The translations under genes were made by a program, and so were the position numbers. The notes beneath the pieces are model-generated. The model had not been told where the DNA came from, made no database searches, and saw nothing but the letters and a program-made list of their open reading frames with translations. A stretch of 64,000 nucleotides of DNA. Source: Tubulanus polymorphus. Its lineage: Eukaryota > Animalia > Nemertea. Positions 1 to 12,824 of the stretch are shown piece by piece. Where the stretch lies: the NCBI RefSeq assembly GCF_964204645.1, contig NC_134034.1, positions 8,940,962-9,004,961 of the forward strand, read 5' to 3'. Each line of letters begins with the position of its first letter. Position 1 is the first letter of the stretch.

Positions 1-3000
1 AATGCACCAAATAGCACAGGTTTTCAACAACAAACAAATAAGTAAATTAATTAATAAGGAACGGATTCCAACGAAATTCAATAGGGTTAGAAATTTTATT
101 ACTGCATTGAATGTTTTGAAAGTCCCGAGGAGAAACTAAGCCTTGTTTGGAAGTTATTTTGTACCAACGGAATGAATTATATTCAAATTTGAATTGAGTT
201 GATTTGCTGCGGAAAACCTGTCGATTCATTAAATTAGTCCAAATATACGATCAGGATGGCGCAACAGAACTGAATGAAACCCATGTGGCTGTACCGGAGA
301 AAAACCAAACGCGCAGTGCGCACATTCACCCGGAGTGTTTCACCACTGACAAACACTAGCAAACCGCTACGAAAAAATTTGATGGGGGGGGGGGGTTAAT
401 TAAACAACCCACAGTGGATAGTGTTGAAAAAAACACTAAGCTCTTGAACTAGGCCCGTTGTCAAATAATGAAACCCTTTGGATGTTACGTGTCATGACGC
501 GTGTAAACTTACTTACCTTGTTACTGTGTGCAGATGAGATTGCAGACAATCAGCTCAGTACAGTATCAATTCATTTTATAAATGTAATGAAAATGTATAA
601 TATATACTTGTTTTAAATAATCGCATTGAAATAATCCATCATGACGGAATCATATTACTAATTATGCGCGAGTGCGATTTATGTGAATAATCAGGATTTA
701 TCAGGTGTGATGGTGTGCTTGTGGACTACCAAAGAGTTCCACGTTTTGCTAGACGAATAGACCCTACGGTCTAAACCCGGGTTACCTCGAATCCTTGATC
801 GGGCTTATAACAGAAACAAGTAATTTCGGCGTTAGTTTGTGAATTGCGCACTTTGAGGAAAGCAATATTATAGGAGAGCAATTTAGAACCTCATAAGCCA
901 TCTTTTAAGGATTCAAGCCCTGCATCATGCGATAACTGTTGTTTCTTCGTATCAACATTCCCTGTCACTCGTAATCATGTTCATTTTTGAAGATATGCCA
1001 TTAGCAGAGCTTCAACTCAGCTAGGTTAGCTTTGGATGTCTGGGGTCATAGTTTGTGTCAGATCATTCTTCTGCAGCATAAAAAGAATTCCATTGTCTAG
1101 ACAGTTTGAATAATATCTAATTAATGAGTGCAGAGTGGATCTCTCGTTAGGATTCAGGGGATCTTACGAGACATCAGTAAGACCCTGAAAATGTAAGTGC
1201 CCCTAATTTCATATGAAAGGCATTTTGTGTGATAATGGTTTGAAATCGGGATTTGTATACCCAAACGGATAATTCGTAAATGTATGCGGAAATGACACCA
1301 TTTGGGAATCCGAAGATTATACATGATCCATGGTATGAGTGATGATAACATTATAGTAAAGAAGGTACATTCATCAAATGCTTTAAAACCATTACATGCG
1401 GTACAGCTTGGAATTAACTTAACCCATATCGTCAGCGTGTTTTAACGCGACTTGAACGCGTTCTTAAGCTGATACAACGATGGACGGTACGCGCCAATCA
1501 TTCTCCATTTTAAACGAAAACGAGGCGGAAAATAATAGTTTACGATATTGATTTAATACTAGGTTGTGAACCCGAACACATATAAACTATTAGTATGGAT
1601 TATTTTTGATAAATATGGCTGAATCTTAATACGATTCTGATTGTACTCATTCACACGTAGAACAGCTGGAATGAGCAGATTGTTTTCGGCTTAAATGCAG
1701 CGTGAACGCGTTGAATATGATACCCAGCAGAGTCGCTGCCAGATAAAATCCTAAATAAATTTTGAATACTGAATTTGAAATCTAATATAACGGACGAGTT
1801 TGAACTCTCTGACATAGCTCAGTAGCAATACTGGACCACAATTTGTTCTAGTGATGATTGAAACATTGAATGCGCTTTGAATATTACCAAACGTTTTCAC
1901 CCGCTCGAGTGTCCATCGTGCTATCTATTGCGTGAATCCTGTAGATTTATCTTGTACTAACTTGTATTGAAGTTAGTTCTATTCATATTAGGGTTACTTC
2001 CATTATTAGAGAACCATCTCCTTTCCTTTCGGCCGGTGCAATTCGTGATATCTCAACATTTTACCAATTATCACTATCGATTGCAGTTCATCTCATCATG
2101 AGCTATTGTGAAACATTCACGTACCAAATGTGTTTTGCATACGTTAAAATTGAGATGAGTGAATTTTTACTATTTCGCATATATTTTGTATCTATTTCTG
2201 TATGTTAAATTGCTTCTAGTTTTATACATAGCTATAATTTGATAGAAATACCAATAAACGTTGGTGAAACATACTACATCAATTTTAGTTAAATATCTGC
2301 GCATCGCGTTTGCTTTAATTTTGTCATACATCAATAATAGGAGGATCCAGTTCATATTTATGTGTGGTCATTTGTATAGAGGGCGATAAGTGGTAAAGAT
2401 ATCTGCGCAGCGCCGACGTACTAACTCTTACTAGCGCTCACTCAATGAGTACTGCCTTCCATTGAGTAGTGTTTTGGGCTAGATATGCAGCAACAGCATA
2501 CATCGATTGGGTCGGAAGATTAACTCTATACTTACGTTAATGATTCCAACTTGTAAACCAACTGAAAGTGTTTGAAATGCATACAAATTATGATAATTCC
2601 TGGTTTTTCAACTACGTGGACATGGGTGAGTTTAAACGGCGTGTCCGGACACGCATCTCGGATCAGAGATAGGTACAGATAGCAATAGTTCTTTTTGTTT
2701 CAGTTGGTCTAGGGGGTACCTTAGGCCTAGTGACCTAGATACATATATGATAAGCAATTAGGATTTCATTTCAAGGAAATAACGCAAAAAATGTTTCTCA
2801 ATCTTTTCTGAAGAAGCGGAGAATACAATGACGGATTTTATCATCATCTATGCAGTTTGAGGTGCCCAGGGGTAACTCAGATCAAACGTTTCCCCACCAA
2901 TACGATATTGTGCACGGTCGAGTTCTATATTTCCGTACCATATTTTTATGAAACGTTTTGTTCAAATAAATTTCTTTTGTCGTCATATATCATAGCAAAG

Positions 3001-3320
3001 AAGTGTAGTTATCTATTTCTATGTGGAATATGGCTCTATTTGAGGATTACTATTTTTCCAGGCTGCTATTCCAGAAACTTTCCATGGTAATTTCGAATCC
3101 AAGATGGGTGACATTGGTCACATGACCTCAACGCACCAATCTGAACCATGGAAAATCATTATGATATGTAGCCCTGATTCATATCTCAAATTTGGTGTAC
3201 AGCTTGTTTATATAAGTTGAGTAGTTTCTGAGTAATGCTAAGTTAACTGCAGACACAAGTTTCGCCCAAAAATCATCTCAGTGTTATAACATATGAATGG
3301 GCCAGTACTGAAAGGGTTAA

Positions 3321-3804
3321 TGTTTTATCAAGCAGTTCATTGTCCGTGAAGAGCGGATAACAGCATGTATGCCATACGCCAAACTGTATTTGGTGTTCCA
3401 ACTAATCGGCGTATGGCAGCAGCTGTTGTTTCATCCAACAGAGAGTAGGCATCCTAAAATAAAAAGAATTTACAGTGTAAATGGTATTCTTTACTAAAGC
3501 TATTTCGAGCTTACAAAATCTAATATGTAAATACCTGAAGTAATTCAAGATCATTTGTATCAGCTTCCATATAATGCTGTTGTGGTGGTTGATGCAGCTG
3601 TTGCTGTTCTTGTGGTTGTTGTTGTTGCAGTGGTTGTCGAAGTGGTGGTAGTTGCAGTTGTTGCTGTCGTGGTCGTTGTGGGTGTTGTTGTTCTTCTTGC
3701 AGTTGTTGTTGCAGTTGTGGATGAAGTTGCTGTTTTTGTTGTATTCGTTGTTGCTGCGGTTGTATAAGTTGTTGTCGTCTATCATTGTCATATATTTTCA
3801 TTTG
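3321..3804 (-). pseudogene. Decayed spliced gene fragment: poly-Q exon (3535-3804) plus a downstream exon (3453-3321) with BEN-domain-like sequence
   Basis: AG/GT boundaries at 3805/3534 and an acceptor at 3454 join QMKIYDN...ELLQ to DAYSLLDETTAAAIRRLVGTPNTVWRMAYMLLSAL, then (after a frameshift) FTDNELLDKT. The frame ends at a TTAA-CCCT piggyBac-like end (3317-3320). Confidence 0.35.
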
Positions 3805-4408
3805 CTGAATTAAAAAGCAAAAAAGAAGTGTCATAGTCATTCAATGTCACTGAAAATGCAGATCTAATCCATGGAGCAGAGATGTACCACGTTTCCTCAG
3901 GTTTTCAACAATAGTCTGCTTGATATGAATAGGCAAATCTGAAAAGTTTTGAAATACCATGATCCCTGCCTTGTTCTATTTCATACAAATTTAAAAAAAA
4001 GAAATATTTCTGCCCCTAAGATCAAATCGTATTATACAACCATTTAAGATTTTTACAAAATAAACATACCAGTTTGTAACTGCATGTTGAGGGCAAGCAG
4101 TTTTTTTATTTCGTTCCATGCTCTCTCTCTCTCAACTGAAGTCGAAGGGACTTGATTACATTTTCATGATGCCTATATTCCGGACAGTCGTAGTCAGATT
4201 CAGAGGATGAAGGATCAAGGTTCTGTTTCTATAATGACAAGTCAGGTGGGGTAAGCACATCAGGTGGGGTAGCTCGGTCAGTTTTAGGGGTACATTGATT
4301 TTTGTTCAAAACATTGGTTTTAAAAAAACTTTCATTGAAAGGGGTTTAAAGAGAGAAAAGACACTCCATGATTTGAAAGTTTAACAATATTTTTCCATGC
4401 CTACCAAA

Positions 4409-5678
4409 CCCCTGTGAAGCTGGCTCCCGGTTCCCGGTTCCTTATTCAGCTCCCGATTCAAAATGCTTTTGAACCGGGAGCCGAATCGGGAACCGGGAAC
4501 CGAGAGCCGGCTACTGGTTCAGCTCCCGATTCAAAATGCTGTTGAACCGGGAGCCGAATCGGGAACCGGGGGCCGGCTACTGGTTCAGCTCCCGATTCAA
4601 AATGCTTTTGAACCGGGAGCCGAATCGGGAACCGGGAGCCGAATCGGGAACCGGGCACCGGGAGCCGGCTACAGGTTCAGCTCCCGATTCAAAATGCTGT
4701 TGAACCGGGAGCCGAATCGGGAACCGGGAACCGGGAGCCGGCTACTGGTTCAGCTCCCGATTCAAAATGTGAAGCTGGCTACTTATTCGCCAGGTGGCGC
4801 TGGTATACACTATGCCGTAGTCCAGACATTTTACGTAACTATGTCTACTCTGCTGATAAACAAACTCGACCTCAACCTTGACAAGAAATCGCCAGGTGTG
4901 GCGCGAGCCAATCCAGACGTCTAAACACGATTGCGTATGCGACCGCGAGACTCGCGGTCAGCTGTATGTAGCTATACGTCAGTAAGCTGCGTCTATTAAT
5001 AACATAACTTGGTTTAAGAACGTGCGTATTGCTCGGTCGTTTTTCTCGTCACCAATCGACTTCTTCATATGTTATTCGCCTCTTTAATCATTTAATCAAT
5101 AAACCATCGATTGTTCCCGAGCTATAGGGTATTGATTAGTCAGCACTGAAAGGGTTAACAAGAGAGAAAGTTTCTAACGAAAGTTATCGAATCCCCAAGA
5201 CAACAATATCTGCAAGCCCATGAAATTGTAAGATATAAAATAAACAGACGCTTTCTGCCCGCCGTATAAATCACCCTTCATGCAGGGTAAATCCATTGTC
5301 GAAGATGAAAAAACAATCACTTCAATATTCTATTAAACTTAATATTTTCCTATCTATCAAATTCCATAGAAACCATAAAAGAACATTTTTCTCATCCCTA
5401 AACCGAAAATAGCTTGAAATGAGAGCGCACACAAAATTCTAATCCAATAGTTACCACGGCTGCATGGTAAAACAGTGAGACCACTAACATTGGCGCAGAG
5501 ATAAGATGGTTGTTTAGACGTCTCAATTGCAAAATGTGAAGCTGGCTACTTATTCGATTCGACTCTATTGCGGACAGCAGGTAAACATAATTACGTAACT
5601 ATGTCTGCTGAAATGAGTGCAACCTGACCTCGGCCACCAGGCTAATCGAGACGTCTGAATTAACAACACGCGTGTGAC
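4409..5678. mobile_element. Copy of a non-autonomous TIR/minisatellite host repeat (same family as 36029-37445, inverted)
   Basis: Starts CCCCTGTGAAGCTGGCTCCCGG and has a ~60-bp GGGAGCCGAATCGGGAACC minisatellite at 4440-4770. Near-identical reverse complement of ~36260-37445. Related modules recur at ~6263-6500 and, inverted, at ~7308-7395. Confidence 0.75.
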
Positions 5679-7404
5679 TTCAATATACACAGTTACTATG
5701 CAACTATATTCTATACTATAAGCGGCTAAGCCATAGCGTATTAACTTTTTAGCGCGTAATCTCCGTTCGTGTGGCTTCGATTACGCGTTGAGTGGTATGG
5801 ATTGAAAGAGGATTGTCTGATCTGTGTTAACGAATAGATTTCGTGCCGATACGATAAAGTTTAGGTACACTTTTCTACCATTAAGTTTGGACTTTCCGCG
5901 TGACGTCACTGCGCGCGATGATGAAAACAAACATTTGCGCGATGTGAGCGTCAGCTGTTGCTCGTTGACTACAGAGACGCCGGTGACCTAATTTCATTTT
6001 GTCTGCCTACAGAGACGCGGATGACGTCAATTCTGGGGAATGTAATAGTGGAGAATACTGCGATGTGAGCATCATCGGTCTGATACGAGAAAGACGTACT
6101 GCATAATTTGTTATATGTTACTAGTTCTTCTGCCCTGGGCCCGGTTTAGGTGATAATTCTAATGGAAAATGCTTAATTCGGGTTAGTTAATTGGTTTACC
6201 TTTGTCAGCGATATGAAGTTGGCTATTGAAATGTGTATTGAAATATTGTCAACATATTTGAAAATCATTTTCAATCGGGAGCCGAATCGGGAACCGGGAA
6301 CCGGTAGCCGGCTCCCGGTTCCCGGCTCCCAATTCAAAATGTGAAGCTGGCTACTTATTCGCCAGGTGGCGCTGGTATATTCGATTCGACTCTACTGCGG
6401 ACAGGTAAATGTTATGATTGCGTAACTATGGTGTCTGCTCTCAAGTGCTAGCCGCAACCTTGACCACCAGTCGAGACGAGGCCAATCGAGACGCCTAAAC
6501 ACATCGCGCAACCAGGTGTGCTGATTGCGAGCGTTGCCCGGAGCGTTGACATGCACTTTGACTCAGCAACTCATAATATCTTCTTTTATTCATTGAAGGT
6601 TTTGTGAAATAAGCGAAATCCTCGGAAATTTCTTTCCTTTTAAAAACTGCCAGCTGCTGCTAATACGTCATCATTCCGATATGAGTGTATGAAGCTACGA
6701 GATTGTACGCGTGACTTGTGATATGTAGTTTTTCCCACAGCCAAATGGGTTAATGCCCTGGGCCCGGTTTAGGTGATAATTCGAATTGAAAGTGCTTTAT
6801 TCTAGTTAGTGAATTCGATGATTAAATCTCTTTCACAAACGCTAATTAGGGAAAAGTAATTAATTGTAATTATCTCCGAAGTTAATTCCAAATTAATTAT
6901 TGCATTATTCCTATACGATGAAAAAACTATCATTAATAAAATGACCAGCCCCGTCGCTATCTATGCACACCGGAATTAGGAGGAGCTTAAATTCCCCTTC
7001 GTGAAACCCGAAACCCGACCCTGGTGAAAATGCGATCAACAAGATCAAAATTGTGACATCATCAAATAAACAGGCGTTCGATCGAGACGTCCGCCCACCG
7101 TCTGAATCACCTACATATACATACCTATAGTCGCCTTTTTTGTTGAGTATTATATTTTCCGTAAATATTATAACACACTAGAAAACGAAAACATGTGGAT
7201 AATTTGGAAGAAAGGGTTGTAGTGTAGGTAAATATATTCATATGTAGTCTAATCCAATGGTTACTGTGGTTGCATAGCAACTGTGAAACTACTGAAATCT
7301 GCACACGCAGACGTCTCGATTAGCCTAGTGACCGAGGTCAGGTTAGCTATCGCTTATCTCAGGCGAGACATGGTTACGTAAATAAGTCTGGACTGAGGAA
7401 TATC

Positions 7405-7672
7405 AGTAATAGGGATAATAGGCTTTCAAGCCAAAGGTCGAACGAGCGAGCTCGTAAAAAATGAAAAACATGAAAATAATTACAATTTCTACTTGAATTA
7501 CTCGCGAAACTCATAAAAATGAAAAATAAATTCTCACACACTCGAATTTATTTTTCATTTTTATGAGTTTCACTCCTAATTCAAGTAGAAATTGTAATTA
7601 TTTTCATGTTTTTCATTTTTTACTCACCCGCCCGTTCAACCTTTGGCTTGAAAGCCTATTATCCCTATTACT
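7405..7672. repeat. 268-bp imperfect palindrome (fold-back) at the left terminus of element A
   Basis: AGTAATAGGGATAATAGGCTTTCAAGCCAAAGG... pairs with ...CCTTTGGCTTGAAAGCCTATTATCCCTATTACT, with two mismatch bubbles and a 10-nt loop (TCACACACTC). Confidence 0.95.
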
Positions 7673-7752
7673 CTTAAAATAATCATATAAATGAATAACA
7701 TTTAAATCATTGAACTTCTAAAATCAATTTTAATAAAAAATGTAGTATTAAA

Positions 7753-8004
7753 ATGGAAGCAAATAAGTACTACTGTCCAACATGTAATATCAACATAGAT
7801 AAATCCCAAAAAGCAAGACACAATAAAACTAAAACACATTTAGAGAATAAATTGAAACTAGAATATTTACAGTTATATTCAGAACAGTTAACAAAGGGAA
7901 AGAAATTTATTGAATTATGGAATAATGATCCAAATAATGAACAATACGTTGAGGAATTTGATATCAAGGATCTGATGTTTATACTAGAACATGATTCTAT
8001 TTGA
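7753..8004 (+). CDS. Small C2H2 zinc-finger protein fused to a copy of the HNH-protein C-terminal tail
   Basis: YYCPTC...RHNKTKTH finger. KKFIELWNNDPNNEQYVEEFDIKD matches the tails of 9517-9849 and 43503-44180. Confidence 0.6.
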   Translation: MEANKYYCPTCNINIDKSQKARHNKTKTHLENKLKLEYLQLYSEQLTKGKKFIELWNNDPNNEQYVEEFDIKDLMFILEHDSI

Positions 8005-8704
8005 ACCTATATACATTCAATGTACAGAGCTATGGAATAAATCTATAAATTCACAGCTGTTACAGCTGTTACTATGACGCCGAGACATTATGAATCATTA
8101 TTACAAACGTGCAGAGAGAGAACACTCTAGAACCGGAACTAGATGACGTGGCATAATTAACGACGTGTCATTCTAGAAATCGCCCCGGAAATGGACATAC
8201 GCTGTAATATTGTGCTCAGGATATTCTATCTTTCGAAACGAAATTAGGAGTTTATAGTTTACAATTATAAATCTAAATGTAAGTACTGTTTGTTGTAGTT
8301 ATTAAGGCTATTAAATATGAAACCTTTAGATATATTTAAGTGTATTTAGTATATATTTTAGATGGTTAGAGTTACCGCTAATATCTTTTAGATTAATAAA
8401 ACGCCATACGAATCAAGAAGTGATAGAGAAACTCAAGATACTCTTTCTGACTGAGGAATCAACAGCAATGGATATCAAACCAATAGAATCACCAAAAGAT
8501 CGACGAAGAAACTATATAAGAATTTCAAAAACATTAAGACTCCAATGATTAAGTTTAACATTTGTTGATGTAGTTAAATATTTACCGGCAATTGAAAAAT
8601 GTTTGTAATTATAAATTGTATTTATAGAAATCAAATGATGTATTGGAAGAAATGACTGAACAACTTGTATAATGAATTGTGTAAATCTGTTTGGTGAATT
8701 TTTA

Positions 8705-9050
8705 TGTTCGGTCGTTTCTATTCAGAATGAATATATAATTAGGATTAGCGCATGCGCATTAAGCAAAACCGCGCACGAATGCGCGGTTTGCTCAGTTGTA
8801 TGATTCAGATATTTCATGTTCGGTCGTTTCTATTTACATAATGAATATATAATTATGATTAACGCATGCGCATTGAGCAAAACCGCGCATGAATGCGCGG
8901 TTTGCCTAATGCGAACACGTTTTGATATTTTCTGTGTTCGGTTGTTTCTATTTTACAGAATTTATAGAATGAATATATAATTATGATTAACGCATGCGCA
9001 TTAAGCAAAACCGCGTACGAATGCGCGGTTTGCTCAGTGGTATTATTTAG
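8705..9050. repeat. Three ~115-bp tandem units, each with a GC-rich hairpin
   Basis: Unit TGTTCGGTCGTTTCTATT...GCATGCGCATT...GCAAAACCGCGCACGAATGCGCGGTTTGC occurs three times. Confidence 0.85.
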
Positions 9051-9174
9051 ATATCAAGGAATCGAAACTGACTTATCAAAAGCAGCGAGGAATGAAAAAG
9101 GATGACGTTGGTCGAAGAAATGGAAGAGGATTCTAAAATTATTAACCAATTTAGTAAAGAAATACGTATAATAA

Positions 9175-9849
9175 ATGGAACCAGAATAACCACAAATTAT
9201 CAATATTACAAATAACACTGGTGTTATAAACATATACTACAAGAAGTGTTCTAAATGTGAATTAGATAAATCATTAACATAATTTAGTAAGCGTAAGATT
9301 AGCAAAGATGGTTTTCAATATTGCTGTAAAACTTGTTTTAAACTATATACCAAACAATATCGAGAAGATAATATAGAACATTATAATTATTATATGGCAG
9401 AATATATGAGAGAAAGATATCAAACAGATCTTAATTTTAGATAAAAACAATGCTTAAGATCTAGATTAACACAATTATTCAACAAAGAAACACATTCAGA
9501 AACATTATCTAATTTATTGGGTTGTTCAGATGAATTTCTCAAATCATGGATTATATTTCAATTCGATGATAAAATGAATATAGATAATTATGGGGATTAT
9601 TACCATATTGATCACGTGTTACCAATATCTAAATTTAACATGAATGATGAATACAATAAAAAACTTATTTGGGGTTGGAAGAATTTAAGACCTTTAGAAA
9701 AGAAGGAAAACATAATTAAATCTAATAAACTAGATATGAAATTATATTTAGATCAACTGGATAAAGCAAAGACATTTGTTGAATTATGGAACAATAATCC
9801 AAATAATGAACGATACGTTGAGGAATTTGATATCAAGGATCCGAAATGA
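9175..9849 (+). pseudogene. HNH endonuclease pseudogene (homologue of 43503-44180)
   Basis: Colinear with the intact copy in C from a TAAATG start at 9175, with in-frame stops (e.g. codon 5). HIDHVLP...NLRPL...EN motif retained in ORF 9517-9849. Confidence 0.85.
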
Positions 9850-10128
9850 CTTATCTGGACAGTTATAACTACTGCTCCTAATAGATAAACAAAAGTAGTG
9901 AGATATCAAATAGAATTTAAATAAAATATAATAAAAATTACATACCTTCAACTATCTATTATTTCTATTTTAATTTTTAATATTTTCTTTTCAAAAAAGA
10001 ATACTTTATATCACAAATAAAAAATACTAAAAAAACAATAACTAATACTAGAATTCTTTAGCTTTAACTAGCTAGTATCATTTGAAGAATACTTATAATA
10101 TTTTTTTTGCTTTTTTCCTCTAATATAA

Positions 10129-10731
10129 ATGTCAAAGAAATCTAATAAGAATAGTATTGATATTGAAAAGACATTAGATGATTTGGGTATTAGTGATAAT
10201 AAAGATACAGTTGTTTCTAATTCTATTCAAGTTAATAACAATATAGATTATGAATACTATTTATATTGTAAGCATCATCTTGAATTATTAATTGCTAGCG
10301 GAAAGTGTTAACAATTTTTAACTAAGACTATTACTTTTCAAGAATTAGATGCTATGAAACCAGATAAAGTAATAAAATATTTTAAGATTTATGAAGAGGC
10401 AAGATTAGCTAAAATAAATGATTCTATTTCGAATGGTATTGTCAAATGTTATTCTAAGTTATGTAACCAGTTAATACCAATTGATGATGAAAATAAATTA
10501 TATAGTGATTTGAAAAATGACTACTTAGTTATGACTGAATTACAAAAATGGGTTGGATATGCTTCATTTCAATTAGGATCGGTTATGACATTAATTTCTA
10601 CTGGTGTCATAACATTTTCGAACATCAAGCCTATGGAATATAAATCAGGTAAGAACGAAACAGATGTACTACAACCAAACGTCGAAACAGAAAATGAATC
10701 AGAACAAAAATTAACTAAAATAAATGAGTGA
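10129..10731 (+). pseudogene. Conserved Polinton protein split by one nonsense codon (homologue of 44598-45188)
   Basis: ORFs 10129-10311 and 10354-10731 are in the same frame and together align with the 196-aa protein of C. Confidence 0.85.
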
Positions 10732-11092
10732 TGGAGTTAAGAAAAAGGCTAGATCCGAGAAACAAATTAAATGGGCAAGAGAATTAGGTAAAAGATCTTC
10801 AGAATTAAAAAAAGCTAAGAAAAAGAAATTAACTGATATAAATGAATCACAGAAATTATCTGATATTGATTCAAATAATAATCCATCTGATTCTTCTTAT
10901 GCTGGAAGTAATTATAAATTATATATTACAATTGGATTAGTAACAGTTATTATATTATCCGGTGTAATATATAAATCAAAATTCAAATCTGATAACAATA
11001 ATGATTCCAATGACAACAAACCTATCATACCAGAAAATAAGTCAAATCATAAAGCCATTGAAACTAAATCTAAATTATTATTAATGGATTAA
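10724..11092 (+). CDS. Basic single-pass membrane protein, function unknown
   Basis: KKARSEKQIKWARELG N-terminus and hydrophobic LYITIGLVTVIILSGVIY. Homologue at 44248-44650. Confidence 0.75.
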   Translation: MSDGVKKKARSEKQIKWARELGKRSSELKKAKKKKLTDINESQKLSDIDSNNNPSDSSYAGSNYKLYITIGLVTVIILSGVIYKSKFKSDNNNDSNDNKPIIPENKSNHKAIETKSKLLLMD

Positions 11093-11098
11093 AAGAAG

Positions 11099-12211
11099 AT
11101 GAAAAAAGAACAATATTTAAGAGATTTATATTATAACCCAGAAAGTGAAGTATCATATTCTAACGTTTCAGAATTATGGAATAAAATTAAATCTGATAAT
11201 GGTTATGGTGCCGTACGGCACCCACACGGTGATATAAAATATAGTGACTTAAAATCATGGTTACAAAATCAACCAACATATCAAATCCACAAGAAAATGT
11301 ATAAAACTTATTTAACAAGAAAAGTTATGGTTTCATATATTGATCAACAATGGCAAGCAGATTTAATTGACATGAAGAACTTAGAGGAATACAACAAAGG
11401 ATATTTTTGGATACTAAATGTTATAGACATATTCAGTAGATACGCGTGGTCAATTCCAATCAAAAATAAAACGGGTATAGAAGTGACAAATGCTTTTAAA
11501 TCAATATCTAAAGAAGCTATTCCAGATAAGATACAATTTGATGAAGGTAAGGAATTTTATAACAAACATTTTAAAAAACTATTATCTGATAACGATGTAG
11601 ATTATTTTTCAACACACTCAGACAAAAAAGCATCTATTATAGAAAGATTTAATAAAACATTGAAAACTAGAATGTGGAAATATTTTACTGCTAATGAAAC
11701 ATATAAATATATCAATGTGTTAGATGATTTAGTGAAAGGTTATAATAATTCTAAACATAGTTCTATAAATATGAAACCTATACAAGCTAGAAAAGAAGAT
11801 AATTCGGAAATAGTTTGGAATAATTTATATGGAGCGTTTGTTACACATGATTTCGGTAAACCTAGATTTAAAATTGGACAACATGTTAGAATATCTAAAT
11901 ATAGAAAAACCTTTTATAAAGGTTATACCCCAAATTTTACAGAAGAAATATTCAAGATTAAAAAGATAATATTAACTAAACCTTTTGTTTATAAATTAGA
12001 AGATTTAAAAGATGAAGAAATATTAGGTTATTTCTATGAACAAGAATTATCACTTGTACCAAATCCAGATGAAATAGAATACAAAATAGAAAAAGTATTG
12101 AAAACAAAAACTCTTAAAGGAAAAAAGTATTCTTTGGTGAAATATAAAGGATACGATGATAAATTTAATGAATGGATTTTATCTAGTAAAATTAAAAGAA
12201 TAAATGAATAA
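11099..12211 (+). CDS. Retroviral-type (RVE) integrase with C-terminal chromodomain
   Basis: WQADL / IDIFSRY / QFDEGKEF / IIERFNKTLK DDE core. YKIEKVLK...LVKYKGYDDKFNEWI chromodomain. Confidence 0.96.
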   Translation: MKKEQYLRDLYYNPESEVSYSNVSELWNKIKSDNGYGAVRHPHGDIKYSDLKSWLQNQPTYQIHKKMYKTYLTRKVMVSYIDQQWQADLIDMKNLEEYNKGYFWILNVIDIFSRYAWSIPIKNKTGIEVTNAFKSISKEAIPDKIQFDEGKEFYNKHFKKLLSDNDVDYFSTHSDKKASIIERFNKTLKTRMWKYFTANETYKYINVLDDLVKGYNNSKHSSINMKPIQARKEDNSEIVWNNLYGAFVTHDFGKPRFKIGQHVRISKYRKTFYKGYTPNFTEEIFKIKKIILTKPFVYKLEDLKDEEILGYFYEQELSLVPNPDEIEYKIEKVLKTKTLKGKKYSLVKYKGYDDKFNEWILSSKIKRINE

Positions 12212-12815
12212 AGATTTATTTATATTTGAACCGCATAATATGTTAATAACTGGAGTAACCAATTGTGGTAAAACACATTTCATATTAGACTTGTTAGAAA
12301 CTATTTATAAGAATCATTTTGATAATATAATATTATTCTGTCCTACTTATGAAATGAATAAAACATATAATAGAGATATAGTTAAGATGAAAAAGTTTAT
12401 CATATTAGATCCTAAAACAGTAAAAGAAAATTTAGATAATTGTATAAAAATAGCAATTGATACTTATAAAGGATCAAATACATTATTCATTATAGATGAT
12501 TGCGCAAATTTACATGATTCAAAAGTTAGAGAAAGTGAGTTATGTTATCTAGCTTTCTCCGGGAGACATTTTGGGATAACAACTTGGGTTTTAAATCAAA
12601 AATATAATTCAATTGTTGAAGACTTTAGAGAAAACATTAGATTTCTAGTTTTATTTCATAACAAAGATAAAAAATCTATGCAACAATCATTGGAAGAAAA
12701 TCAAATTATACCTACTGAATTACACGATGAATATATGAATAAATTAAAGAATAATAAAGGTTCAAAATTATTACTGAGACTACAATTTCCCTATGAATAT
12801 AAATTTATAAAATAA
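12204..12815 (+). CDS. A32-like (FtsK/HerA) genome-packaging ATPase
   Basis: Walker A GVTNCGKT, Walker B LFIIDD, then GRH and LNQ motifs. Confidence 0.93.
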   Translation: MNKDLFIFEPHNMLITGVTNCGKTHFILDLLETIYKNHFDNIILFCPTYEMNKTYNRDIVKMKKFIILDPKTVKENLDNCIKIAIDTYKGSNTLFIIDDCANLHDSKVRESELCYLAFSGRHFGITTWVLNQKYNSIVEDFRENIRFLVLFHNKDKKSMQQSLEENQIIPTELHDEYMNKLKNNKGSKLLLRLQFPYEYKFIK

Positions 12816-12824
12816 AATTTATAA

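Noticed and set aside
1420-3320. Complete piggyBac element between TTAACCC (1420) and GGGTTAA (3314-3320)
   Set aside because: The sequences beyond CCC are not inverted repeats of each other, and there is no transposase.
4458-4924. ORFs MLLNREPNREPG / MPGSRFGSRF (also at 37015-37318)
   Set aside because: Read-through of a GC-rich minisatellite with no protein features.
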